The position numbers and the translations under genes are program-made. 64,000 nt of DNA from Anthoceros angustus. Lineage: Eukaryota > Plantae > Anthocerotophyta. Positions 12,304 to 24,603 of this stretch are shown piece by piece. The stretch lies in NCBI GenBank assembly GCA_010909165.1, contig MU008209.1, forward strand, positions 124,001 through 188,000, given 5' to 3'. The notes below the pieces were generated by a model, which worked only from the letters and a program-made list of their open reading frames with translations, did no database searches and was not told the DNA's origin. The first letter of the stretch is position 1. Each line of letters opens with the position of its first letter.

Positions 12304-12584
12304 GGATCAAAAAGGACGTTGCTATAAACACTTGGCCACAAGCCGCGATTATCCCACTAATTTTGATACCTCTAGCTTCAAATTCAAACTAAAGGATCAA
12401 TAGGCCATGCTTTCGTAGTTTGTATTCATACTGAAAATGAAAATCAAATGAGCTTTTACCCTTGTGTTCCACACGAGATTTTTATTCTCGTTGAGCTCAA
12501 AAGGATTTCTATCTTAGGACACCTTGTTGGTCCGATTTGGCTGGGGTGACACATGTGTTCGGCACATATGTTAAAAGATAACGC
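12304..12584 (-). rRNA. Degenerate 28S rDNA fragment plus inverted P-loop piece
   Basis: Copy of 2920-3200; TTTGGCTGGGGTGACACAT on the plus strand at 12536. Confidence 0.88.
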
Positions 12585-13177
12585 GCAAGAAGCACGCCTT
12601 AAGATCGGAAGCGGGGGTAAAGCCCCGCCTCCACCTCATGGAATAAATAAAATAACGTTAAAAGTAGTGGTAAGGGGGCAAAGCCCCGCACCACCTCATG
12701 AAATAAATAAAATAACGTTACAAATAGTGGTATTTCACTTGCGCCTACGGCTCCCACTTATTCTACACCTCTTAAAGTCATTTCGCAATGATTGCATGCC
12801 GCCATGCCTTCGTTTTATATTACCCTGTGAGCTCAAGGGTTTTCAGAGACGGCGCCTGTTGGGAATACCCTGCAAGAGGACGACCTAGTTTGCACACTCG
12901 CATAAGAACGTCCAATCGTTGGACCGGAAACCGCGGTGAAACCACGGGAGAAACTAGAGAGGCAACTTCGAATACGTTAACAGGAAACTACGAAGAGGCA
13001 TGGAGAGAGACCAAATCAGAAACGTGCCACAGGAACTTCGTGGAATAACAGGACGGATAGAAGGACACGACGGAGGAGAGCTTACAAATTGCAGCCTAGC
13101 AAGTGTAGGAAGGAGGAGGTTGAATTGGAGTGCATCATTCATCGCTGCAGATCGAGTCGCCGATCGGAGCGGACAAC

Positions 13178-15632
13178 ATGACGCGCATCAACTACTTCGC
13201 GGAGCCATCTGAATCGGAGGCCAATGCACTCCGTTTCACGCTCCGGGAGGTGTGCTACGTCTTCCAGATAGAAGAGGGGTCTGAAAGAGGTTGTAGTGAC
13301 CGCCGTCTTGGTTCGTGTGACTTGGTGGACTCATCGTTTCGGACACAACCCCTTGCGTTAAGTATGACTGAAAAATTGAGAGATTCTTTCGAGAGATCCT
13401 TCGTCTGGCCATGAACGTCCCGACCGTTGGGCTTCAGGTGTCTCGTGCTTACATGACGAACGCAAGGTTTCTGATAGTCTCCTACATCTGGGTCGTGTGA
13501 AATAATCCAGCCAGGCAGGCGAGGTGTTTCTGGTGCCCACCTACGACATCGATCTCTTCTGGCACGCACATCAGCTGAGTCCTGTGGCTTATCAGGCTGA
13601 CGACGGCGATTTTGGGAAGAATCTTCAACCACGATGACACTGATAGTGACAGAAGCTCCGGGCAGAAGCTGGATGTAGGATTCTCGGCAACATCTGAGCT
13701 GTGGGGACAGGTATACGGGTTTGAGTACTTGCGCTGCCGGAGAAAGTGATATTGTTTTCGCAAAGATCCTGGTTCCTCCTCCTTCACCATCGCCTGGGCC
13801 ATCGATTGGGTCATGCCCATCAACAGTGTGCACACATCTACCCACCAGAACCACCTCATTGCTCATTGCTCTCCGTGAAGCAGACAAAAGGTGGACCCTC
13901 GCATTCCACGGTCCACCCATAAGGACGGCAGGTCACCGACGATACAACACCTACCCGGTGGCAAAGCACTCGGCAAGTCCTGGGCTGTGGGGTCCGGCTC
14001 TCGCATCTGCTGCTACTAGGCCGTGCCCACGAAGCTGCTTCCAAGTTGCAAACCATCCTGTTTGTGGGGACAGGGAGTCATCAGCGACCCAGCAAACAGA
14101 CAGACGGAATCAAGTGTCCCTGTTCCGGCAGCATCTCCAGAGAGCGTTGTTGATAACCGCTGGGCTGCAGGGCTCATCAATCGGCTATTTCCGGCCGAGG
14201 TAACCACAAACAGCCCAGTTAACGCACCCCGCAGGTGCTTCGCTTTCCAAAGGTGTCGGGATCGGAGGTGACTCGCCACAGCGACACCTTCTGGATTCTA
14301 TTCCACCTGCGTCCAGATTGGCCCACCCGGAGGGGGAGGGGGAGGGGCAGCCCGGCAGGGCCTCCACGCTGAATGCGGTTACCACCGCCCTCTTAGTACT
14401 GTGCTTGGTGTCACTGTGGTCTCCAGTTCTGGCTGGACCGGCAGTTGGAATCCGCTACCTTTCTTCAGAATCTTTCCTCGTCAGGGGGCCACAGATGACG
14501 TGCTCGAGCTTGGAGTGCTGTGTGACACAACACGGTGCTTACCTGCTTATAGAACGTGGGCAAATCTCACCTTGGAAGCTCCTGCCTGCTACGGACTGTA
14601 GCATTATCTTAGTGGACTGTAGAACTAGTGAGCCGTGATGTCATGCAGCATTTTCGAGATTGATCTTCCCTGTGGGTTTCGGACAGGGCCCACGCATCCA
14701 GCCCTTCTTGACCGCTTTTATAAGCGCAGAACAAGGGTGAGCTCTCATTTGGTGCATTCCTGTCGTCGTCTGTTGCTTCTTGCCATCGTGCTGTTGACGG
14801 TTGTGGAGGGCCGAAGCCTTCATAAACTTATCCGTATTCCTGTCGTCACAATTCGTCAAAATTGCGGCTTATGCTCCAGCCTCATCCATGTGTCTTGTGA
14901 CATATCCGTAGCGAGAGCCGGGGCAGCTTTCCGATCATCAGTCGATGTTGATGAACCGTCAGGACTCTCATCATACATGTACAGCTGCCACGAAATGCCA
15001 CCACCGTACTGCTCGAATTCAAAAGAGAGGGTCACTGCATGTATTGGAATTCAGGCCACATTCAGCCGACCATGTGTCCAGAAAGAAAGGATCGGCGAGG
15101 GTTGAGGGAAAATATCACCTGGGATGACGAAACCAGACCCAAAAGTCGTCGAACTGTGTCGATTCCAGCCAGGTAGCTAGAATTTGGAAATCTTGCAGGG
15201 GTTTTGTGTCCACTCTCGGGAGTTGTGCTGTCCATGACCATGAACCAGGTCCAAAATCTAAAACGGCACATGAAAAGCACAGAAATGACAAAGAGTAGGG
15301 AACCATTAGCATGGCGAGAGACACCATGTGGGCTGGTTTTCGGGCTTCTCAAGAAGGACGGCATGCTCAGCAAGCTCACGGCCTCCAAGCAAATTGGCGC
15401 ACTGTCTATCTCGTGGAAGGAGCTGCTGGCTTCTCCAACCTTATCACTTGACAAGAATTTTCCACTTTTGTCACCTAGACCAGGCGGAGGAGACTCGAAA
15501 CCTGCTGCTCTGCGTCTTTCAGTCTCTGTGACTCCACCGACGAAAGGGCCATACCATCTTCGAACGGAAGCTCTGAGGCATGCCACGGATGATGATGGGC
15601 TTACTGTCATTTCCGGCCATCCATCATCAGGA
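13178..15632 (+). pseudogene. BAHD 5' end (13178-13260) fused to a GRDP/DUF1399 fragment, copy 2
   Basis: PTYDIDLFWHAHQL..HDDTDSDRSSGQKLDVGFS and the C-terminal VSVTPP motif. Confidence 0.8.
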
Positions 15633-15633
15633 A

Positions 15634-17581
15634 TTCCTCAAAAGGGTAGATGGATCCTGTTGTGCAATATGCTCATTCCTTTCTCCCACCAGAAATCTAT
15701 GTACCTGCTTTTCACCTCCATAGTCGCCACAGCAGGTTTCTTGCTAGCTCCTGCTACCATTCTTTGTGTTTCAATCCTGTCTACAACGGTCCACATACCT
15801 GCATCTGCATAGGCGTTAGCCATGAGCACATATGCTGACGCGCTGAGGTCCAGCCTACAATGCTTTCAAAACACCACATCGCCCTCTCTATATCCCGTGA
15901 CTTTTGCAGGCATTCAACAAAGACCTTAAGCCCACAACATTACTTTGGCCTCACATGACAACAGCATCTTCTCAGCCTCATCTAAATGGCCCGCACGCCC
16001 AAGAAGATCAATCATGCAATTGTAATGCTCAATAGTAGGTCGATGCCATGCTGTTCAGCCATGGAATCGAAGTTTGCGACCCTCCTGGACCAGTCCTCAT
16101 GACTGCATGCTGCTAGAAGGCAAATAAAAGTAGCACCATCAGGCTGAATGCCATCAACTAACATCTCCTCAAAACAAGCTAGTGCTGACCATCATCACAA
16201 GTACCATACCCAGATATCAGGGCATTCCATGTCACCACATCCTTGGTGTTCAAGCTGTCAAAACCTGGCGTGCATCTTCCAGTTCGCCACATTTTGCATA
16301 CATGTCCACAAGGCAGTCACCCAACACTACGTCATCTAGCAGTCCTCTCAACAATCTGTGAGTGCACCTGCTTGCCCTTCTGTAAGGCACCAGTGCTTGC
16401 ACAGGCCTTCAGAAGGCAAGAAAAGTAACATGGTCAGCCAAAATCAGGCCCTCCTTCTCCATTTGCCCATACAGACCAAGCGCCTCATGTCCAAGACCTT
16501 GCTGGGCATACCCAGCAATCAATGCCGTCCATGTCACCACATTCTTAGTCGCCATGCTGTCAAATACCTGGCGTGCATCTTCCAGTTCACCACATCTTAC
16601 ATACCCATCAATCAAAGCATTCCATGTCACCACATCCTTTGTGTTCATGCTGTCAAAAACATCATGCATCTTTCAGTTCGCCACATTTTGCATACATGTC
16701 CACCAGGAAGGTACCAACGAACAAATTGAGAGGAATGCCACTGCGATACATCAAAGTGCACCTTTCTGCCAGACTCCAAGTCAGCGGCAAATGCACAAGC
16801 TTGAAGGGCTGCTATGAAGACGTGAGCATCCTTTCACTCCTGACCTACGCATCTCAAGGTACAGTTGTATGGCCTCACCAGGCTTCCCATGCTTGGAGTA
16901 GGCAGAGATGATGGAAAACCACATGAAGGCATCTGGTTTAATTGCCCACCCTGGTGAACACATCCATGGCCTCCTCTAGTCTACCTCCACGTGCATACAT
17001 GCGCAAGATATGGTTCTCAAGTATGCATCCGACTCGTACCCGAGGTTAATAGTGAGGTCATGAACTCGTCGCCCTAAAACAAGATCCTTCTTAGCTGTAC
17101 ACAGTTCCAGCAGAGTGTAAACCAGAGACCGAGAAATAGCAAAGTCTGTCAGCGCCAGAGAATCCAGGGCTCCAACGGCCTCCAAAGCTTCCCATGCTGA
17201 CATGACGTGCTCACGGTTACAGCAGTGACGACGCCCATTTCCGATTCTTCACGACTGCCAGGTTCAGGCTTATCCGGAGACCTGGACTCGGAGGAAGAGG
17301 TACCATGACCCATCAGCATATCTAAGAAACGAGCTACTCATCAACCCAACCTGGAAACCTGTTTACCCACAGCACCTCCCCGGACCCGCCATCGCTGGAT
17401 ACCCGTCCCCACCCACGTATTCTCCCGCAAATGGAAATGCTCGGCTCCTTACACTGCTGCACCTGGAGGCTTGCTTGTTTGCCGGGAGATGAGCCCCTGA
17501 GGTGAGGTGAGCGGGAGCTCCTCGTACAACCCCTGTCCACACACCAATTTGTTGGGTCCACAGGAGTCCCCGCCGTCGCAT
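15634..17581 (-). pseudogene. PLS-PPR DYW:KP pseudogene, copy 2
   Basis: Copy of 4765-6723. Confidence 0.9.
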
Positions 17582-18215
17582 CGCCTGATCAGCCTGAGCG
17601 AGAACTGACACGCCGCAAGGCAATTGCAAGTGCAAATGGCGAACAGAATGGAGATTGCGGAGTGGCTTTTGAGCTACCTTGAAATGAACTATCTTAGTGG
17701 CTTCGAGCTACGTTGAAAATGAACTATCTCACCTTTCTATAACCATGGATTACTGCAGTGGTATGTCTAGGTGCGTAGGGTGGATAGGTTTCAGGTTCAT
17801 ACCACAATCCCTCCTTATCATTTTAAGGGTCCCCACCACACTCGGATATGCTAGAGCCGTCAGATCCGGACGGGGTTGGGACTTGACGGACCTATTACCG
17901 CTAGGGCTGAACGGAACCAGGGTCGGACGGAGCCGTTGGGTCGGAACAGCCTCCTTAGGACCGAATGGGACGAACCATGGATTATTCCAGTGGTTTGTCT
18001 AGGTGCGTAGGGTGGATAGGTTTTGGGTTCATACCTCACAATCCCCTCTTATCATTTTAAGGGTCCTCACCACACTTAGATATGAATTACTCATTAAGGA
18101 TTAAAATGATTCGTTAAGAATTACAATTATTCATTAAGAAATACCTGGACCTAGCCATCCTAAATCCGCACCAATCAAGGTATGGCTTCGAACCTAAGAA
18201 AAAAATGCCTTTTCT

Positions 18216-18526
18216 AACCGTTGTTTTGGAGCGTTGTTTTGAAAGCGTTGTTTTGGAGCGTTGTTTTGGAGTGCCAAATGTAGTAGTGAAAGCGACCGTC
18301 GTGGTTGGATGCAAAATGTAGTAGTGAAAGCGGCCGCAGTTTTGGGGTGCAAGATGTAGTAGTGAAAGCGGCCGCTATTTTCGGGTGCAAAATGTAGTAG
18401 TGAAAGCGGCCGCTGTTTTGGGGTGCAAAATGTAGTAGTGAAAGCGGCCGTTGTTTTGGGGTGCAAAATGTAGTAGTGAAAGCGGTCGTTGTTTTCGGAT
18501 GCAAAATGTAGTAGTGAAGCGGCCGT
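18216..18526. repeat. 13-bp/38-bp compound minisatellite, shorter allele
   Basis: Same units as 7352-8056. Confidence 0.95.
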
Positions 18527-21492
18527 GCGGGGAAGCTGAAGGACGCACTTGCCTTGTACATAGAGTTCTCCTTAGAGCTCGGATCCATGCGCCTTCAATC
18601 CCCACCATCCGCACTTTGTTATTTCGAATTCCATTCCCACCTAGTCGTAGTAGGCGGACTCGAAGGACCATTACTTGGATGTCGCTCCATCGGAAATTGA
18701 GCCTCATTATCCATAGTCCACCCGTGGATCGCGATGTAGATGCATCCCGAACTGCGTGGCGGTCATGTTCCACCCATTTGGAGAGGTGTCCGCCGACGGC
18801 CGAATGTGAGAAAATGGCGTTCCTTGGGGATACCTCGGGAGATGAGGATTTCATTGGAGGTGCTTTGGCCCTTGACGAGGCGCATCACGCCCGGACGGTC
18901 TCAAACCACATAGCTTTGAGCGAGGGTGGAGAGGGTATCCCTCGCGATCTATCGCGACCTATCACTGCACGAGGGCGTGAGAGCAGATCCTATCTCTGCG
19001 ACGGCGAGAGGCTTATAGTGTTCCTTGGGGATGCCACGAGATATGAGGATCTCCTCAGGTATTTTGGCCTTTGAGGAGGCGTATCTTCCTCCTCGAGCAG
19101 TTTCAAGCTATCGATCTTGGTGTAGGAAGGGTGTCAAGTGTATGATTTTAGAAATGAGGCCAATTTCCACAGTCTCAATGCGTTTTTGAGATCCGTAAAG
19201 TAGATAAAACCGCCTTGTGTGCTGGTGTGTTTGAGAACCGGGGCAAGGGTGATGTTGCCATCGAGCCCCTGCCACCCTGTGTGACTCTTATTTGTATGGT
19301 GGACCGAGGTTGAAGAGGTCATGTTGTGTCGCCACGCGATCAGTGGAGAATACCTTCATGAATACTAGGAGCGTGATAAGGCACCACCTCGAGGTCGATG
19401 GAGGGAGCGCTCGGGCCAGGCGGATCTAATCCACTTTGTATGTCGGAAGATCATGAGGTTATTTGTAGGAGAACAACACGTAGCCATTGTGCCAAGCTTG
19501 GGGGCAAGTTTTGGGACTTCATGGGAGCCGCCAGACGGGTCCTCGTTCCCTATGTGCCGAATGTGAGAGGGCTTATAGTGTTCCTTGGTGGATGCCACGA
19601 GATATGAGGATCTCCTCCGAGGTGTTTTGGCCTTTGAGGAGGCGCATCTTTCCTCCTCGATCGGTTTCAAGCTATCGATCTTGAGAGATGAGTGTAGAGG
19701 AGTCAAGTGTATGATTTTGGAAATGAGGCCAATTTCCACGGTCCGAATCGTTCTTGAGATCCGTAAAGTGGATAAAACCGCCTTGTGTGCTTAGTTCGAG
19801 AACCAAGACAAGGGTGATGTTGCCATCGAGGCACCCCGCCACTCCGGTGTGACTCTTATTTGTATGGTGGATCGGAGGTTAGGCGGTCTGGAGTCTGTGA
19901 GTCGCTCCCGATCAGGAGAAGACCTTCATGAATCCGGAGCAGGCGTGATAGGCGCCAACTCACTGAGGTCGATGATGGGCCGTGGCTTGGGGGCTAGGCG
20001 GACGATTCCACTGTATGTCCGGGAAGATGCATGAGGTTATGGTAGGAGAATACGAGACGAGCCATTGTGCCAAGCTTGGGGGCAAAGTTTTAGGACTTCA
20101 TAGAGAGCTGCATCCCGGTCTAGTTTCCCATCCCCTTTCTGGATACATGTGGAGATCTCTTTGAGTTGGTTGATGAAGGTTCAGGGCCCTTCAAGCTCGA
20201 GATCTTGTAGTATTGTCTCTGCAACGCATACAGGGGTGAAAGCAGAAGGAAGGGTGAGCTCCTTCCTCACCACAGTCTTTGTCCTTGACATTCGCCACCC
20301 AATAACAAGAGTGGCCAGGCCTGGCCTCTAGTTCGAGCCGGCCCTAGAAACCATTGTGGAACCCACGGTCTTGCTAGTATCTCGTTTATCCGGACGGATG
20401 GGGACTCCGTTTGAAGGAGCGAGTTGGATCGGGCGCCCTAATGGGAGGTTACCTTGAGGCATTGAGAGGGGCCAATGTTTTGCAAGTATCTTCGCTAGGT
20501 CATTGAGTAGAGAGCGGACCTTGAGCTCGAGGAGCTCCATGGTGGTGTAGTCACCGAGTTCCTTTGCAAGCGTCTCCATAAAGCATTTGATCATCGAAGG
20601 CTTGTGACTTGTTTTCAAAAGCTTCCAACATTGTTCGGAGTGCGCGCACGTGAGGCGATAGGGAGAAGGTGAACCTTCCGCCGTTCCACTTGTGGCTCTA
20701 GTGCCAACTCCCCCAATGCGGGCTCGAGAGGAGTGTGAGGGCGTCGGTAACGGGACACATAGAGTACCCTCTTCTTTTGTTGAGTGTGTCGAGCGATCCA
20801 TCTCTCTTTTCAAGACGGACAGGGAGAGCCTCGGCCATGGGAAGGGGCTGGCGAGGTGGTCATTGGTCCAAAGGGGGCTCAAGGTCCTAGGCCTTGAGGC
20901 CTCGTAGCTATATACAATAGGGGCGTAACCTTGGGCGGGGTCCTCCTTGGGGCCTTGCGTGGTTGTGATGCCCCACCCTAGGGGAGCGTGTTGCCTTCTT
21001 GCCATCCTTCCCTTATTGCTCTTATCTGGGGTCCCAGGACTCAGACTTGCTTCTCCCCTTCACCTCACATTCTCGATTATGTGTGCAACTCTAAAAGGGC
21101 TCTTGTCTTGGCCGGTGAGTCGGGTCGGGTGGGAGCTTGAGTCTTGACCCTTTCTCCCCTTCCTTCAACTTTCATCATCTATGCTTTTTGGGCGGTTCGT
21201 CCTTCCTCCGAGTGTGGAGTCATGTCTCACAGGGGCAGGCGTATCTACCCTGTTTGAGCACATTTCTCGATTGTTCTAGTGTCTCATATGTTTTAATAGG
21301 AGATCCTTGTTATGAGTAGTCACCCTAGATTGTTTGGGCCATCTTACTGTGGGAGGGAAGGGGACTTCTCCCCTTCACTCTTATCCCAACGGTGGTTCCA
21401 TGTTAAGTAGTTCGGAGAGTGCGAAGCCTTGGCGCCATGTCCCGAAGAGTGTGCAAGCAGGCTAGGCTTGGAAGAGTGCACTTCTCTCCCCG
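18527..21492 (-). mobile_element. Non-LTR retrotransposon copy; ca. 200 bp of the 5' leader deleted
   Basis: Collinear with 8057-11180. Confidence 0.85.
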
Positions 21493-21513
21493 GGTGGGTG
21501 AACAATCCAATTC

Positions 21514-23948
21514 GATTGTTCACCCACCAATAGAAACGTGTTTGGGTTTAGGCCGTCGTGAGGCAGTCGGGTTAGGCCTTGATGCCCTAGCCGCCCAAAG
21601 ACACTTGAACCATTCCAACTACGAGTCGGAGTTGATTCCGGCAATGATATACACTTGGTCTACTCCGCTCCCTTGGCCGGTGGTCTCGTTTCGGGACGAG
21701 CTAACTCACGCAGGGTTTACCCGATCGAGGGAGAGAGGTGTACTCTCCCAAGCCTAGCACGCTAACACACTTTCTATTACGCCGCCAGGCTCCGCACTAA
21801 GTCTCCCGAACCTTTCAACTCGGAACCAAAGCTAGAACAGAGGGAAAGGGGAGAAGTCCCCTTCCCTCTCACACTAAGATACCCTAAATAGTCTAGGGTA
21901 CCTGTTCGGAACCTGGTTCTCCCATCTGATACACACCAGACCCTTGGATACATCGAGAAATGTGCTAAGAATTGGAGGGCAAGAATGCAGCTTGCGCCCC
22001 CAAGACCCCAGCGCCGGACTACGCCGGGAGTCCACACCTAGTTGGAAGAAGAACCTCCCCACGAGACACGAATCGAGAAATGTGCTAAACCAGGGGGGCA
22101 AGAATGCAGCTTGCACCCCCAAAGACCTCAAAGCTGATCCACGCCGGGAATCCACACCTAGTCGGAAGATGAACCTCCCATGAGAGGCATGAATCGAGAA
22201 ATGTGCTAAGAGAGAGGGGCAAGAATGCAGCTTGCACCCCCAAGACCCCGAAGGTGGACTACGCCGGGAGTCCACACCTAGTTGGAAGATGAACCTCCCC
22301 ACGAGACATGAATCGAGAAATGTACTAAAACAGGGAGGCAAGAATGCAGCTTGCACCCCCAAGACCCCAAAGCTGGACTACGCCGAGCGTCCACACCTAG
22401 TCGGAAGATGAACCTCCCCACGAGGCATGAATCGAGAAATGTGCCGAATGGGAGGGAGGGGCCCAGACTTAAGGTCTCCCAGCCAAGACCAGCACCCCCC
22501 CCTGCCCCCCCTTGGATCCCCACACCTGGCTAGGACAAGAGAGACCCTTGGAGAGATGCACAAAAGCCAACCGAGAAATGTGCCAGGAGGGGGAGAGAGA
22601 CAAGTCCCGAGGTCTCACGACCAAGACCCCTCCCTCCCCGTCGCCCCCTCCCTCCCCTCCCACAAGAGAAGAGCACCAAGGAAAAGGGAGACAAGATGGT
22701 TGCTCACCCCCCGCCCCCCCCCCATGCTGGGGCACCACGTCCACACACAGGACTTAAGGGAGGACCCCGCCCATGGTCACACCCTATTGTATATGGCCAG
22801 GAGGTCGTAGGGCCTGAACCCGCAGGCCCCTTTGGAACGCCAAGATACCCGTTCCCACAGCGAGTGCCCTTCACCACTCAAAAAAAGCTTGCTATGCTCC
22901 TATCACGTCTACTAGATGTTTGTCAGAAAGGCCCCCCCCCCGGGAGGGTGCCGCCTAAGACCCTAACGCATTGATCAAACCAAGGAACTCCCAGCCAACC
23001 GGGAGGAGGAGAGGAAGTGATTCACCCACTCCACACAAACTCCCGGAGGGTGCGCTAGGCTATCAATACTAGCGCAGCGACTCCCTCTTGGCCTCCCATT
23101 CAAACGTGGAGACCCGCAAGCGGAAGACCGTAACCGCGACCAAGGAAAACGTGAGAATGAGGCCATCCGATGACCGTCTCTCCTTGACTCCGGCGTTCGG
23201 TCCACCGACTCGCTCCTAAGTGCCGTAACAGCGCCCCCTCCCCTTTCTCCCAAGGTAGAGGAGAGGCCTTCTGTGGTACATCCGCCTCGTGTCCCTAGGA
23301 CCCACCCTTGGGAGACATCCATCGACGCTGATCGGCAGGAATCGGGATAGGTGGAACCCATGCAACTCCTCATGACGACCATGGACCAAGCCCGAACCCT
23401 TTGAAAGGCACCCGAGGTCACGGTAGGGGCCGTGCCAGCCAATAGGGATGGGATGCTAACTCACATAGACGGTTGAACAGGGCCACCTTGACTCCCATCG
23501 AACGAGGAAATGCCTTCGCAAGGGAGAGGCCTGCGCCTTAAGTGAGTGCGCCACGAAAGTGAACCCAGCGCATCCGTTCCCTATCCCGCCCAAAAGAGTA
23601 GCCCGGTCCAAGTGGCCTTCACCGGTGTCAAAACCCAAAGGTATCTCCGCGAGGGAGTTTCTGGGCAAGCCGTCCCCCCGGGTCGACGCATGGGACACCC
23701 CCGAAGGTGGCACTAGGCACCCCCTAGAAGCCTATTTCACTCAGTGGGGCAAGCATCCCAGGGACAACCTACCCCACAAAAAGTCGCCGGGGTCGTGGAG
23801 GACGGAGCTAAACCCCGGGGTGTCGGGGCAAGCACAGGCCCGCCGGGTCCTAGGCGGCACCGTTCGCATTCCACTCGCTAGTTTGGCCGGACGAGTCAAT
23901 GATGGGATCTTGGCGATCGGGAAGCTGCCACTTGTGACGGACGATTAA
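21514..23948 (+). mobile_element. Diverged second subfamily of the element, RT-less, starting with ca. 55 nt of 28S-like sequence
   Basis: Starts GATTGTTCACCCACCAATAG..GGGTTTAGGCCGTCGTGAGGCAG, followed by a leader homologous to the reverse complement of 11000-11335. No RT motifs are recognisable. Confidence 0.8.
21950..22445 (+). repeat. About 120-bp tandem repeat (4+ units) inside the element (also ca. 35205-35655)
   Basis: atcgagaaatgt recurs at about 21952, 22072, 22193, 22312 and 22431. Confidence 0.92.
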
Positions 23949-24480
23949 GTCCAAGGGGTTTCGGGTCTTGGTTGTGGGACCTTGAGTCTTGACCCTTTCT
24001 CTTCCTTCAACTTTCATCATCTATGCTTTTGGGGCGGTTCGTCCTCCGAGTGTGGAGTCATGTTCTGGTCTTGCATGGGGGGCAAGCTGCATTCTTACTC
24101 CCTGTCTGAGCACATTTCTCGATTGTTCTAGTGTCTCGTATGTTTTAATAGGAGATCCTTGTTCTCGAGTCACCTAGATTGTTTGGGCCATCTTCATGGG
24201 AGGAAGGGACTTCTCCCTTCACTCTTATCCTATGATGGTTCCATGTTAAGTAGTTCGGGAGACTTAGTGCGAAGCCTTGGCGCCATGTCCCAAGAGTGTG
24301 CAGGCTAGGCTTGGAAGAGTGCACTTCTCTCTCCCGGGGTAAACCTGCGCGTGAGTTAGCTCGTCCTCAAGCGAGACCCGGCCGGCCAAGGAGGCGCGAG
24401 ACCAAGTGTATATCACCGCCGGAATTGAGACTCGCACAAAGTTGGATCAAGTCAACCGTTGTTGAGCGGCTAGGACATCG
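23949..24480 (-). mobile_element. Second copy of the element 5' region within unit 2
   Basis: Matches 10779-11335. Joined through AGTCCAAGG microhomology. Confidence 0.85.
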
Positions 24481-24585
24481 CTAACGACCTCTAGCGGTCT
24501 AATCCCAAACTCATGTTGCCTATTGGTGGGTGAACAATCCAATACTTGGTGAATTCTTTCAACACAATGATAGGAAGAGTTGATA
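24481..24585 (-). rRNA. Degenerate 28S rDNA fragment (H89-H93)
   Basis: Copy of 11336-11446. Confidence 0.88.
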
Positions 24586-24603
24586 AAACTCTTCGTATCA
24601 TTG

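Noticed and set aside
11336-12584. Functional rRNA gene or group I intron in 28S
   Set aside because: Only about 400 nt of mutated, interrupted, partly inverted 28S. No P/Q/R/S core motifs and no downstream exon.
18270-18526. CRISPR-like appearance of the 38-bp and 120-bp repeats
   Set aside because: Head-to-tail units with no unique spacers, no cas genes, and a eukaryotic context.
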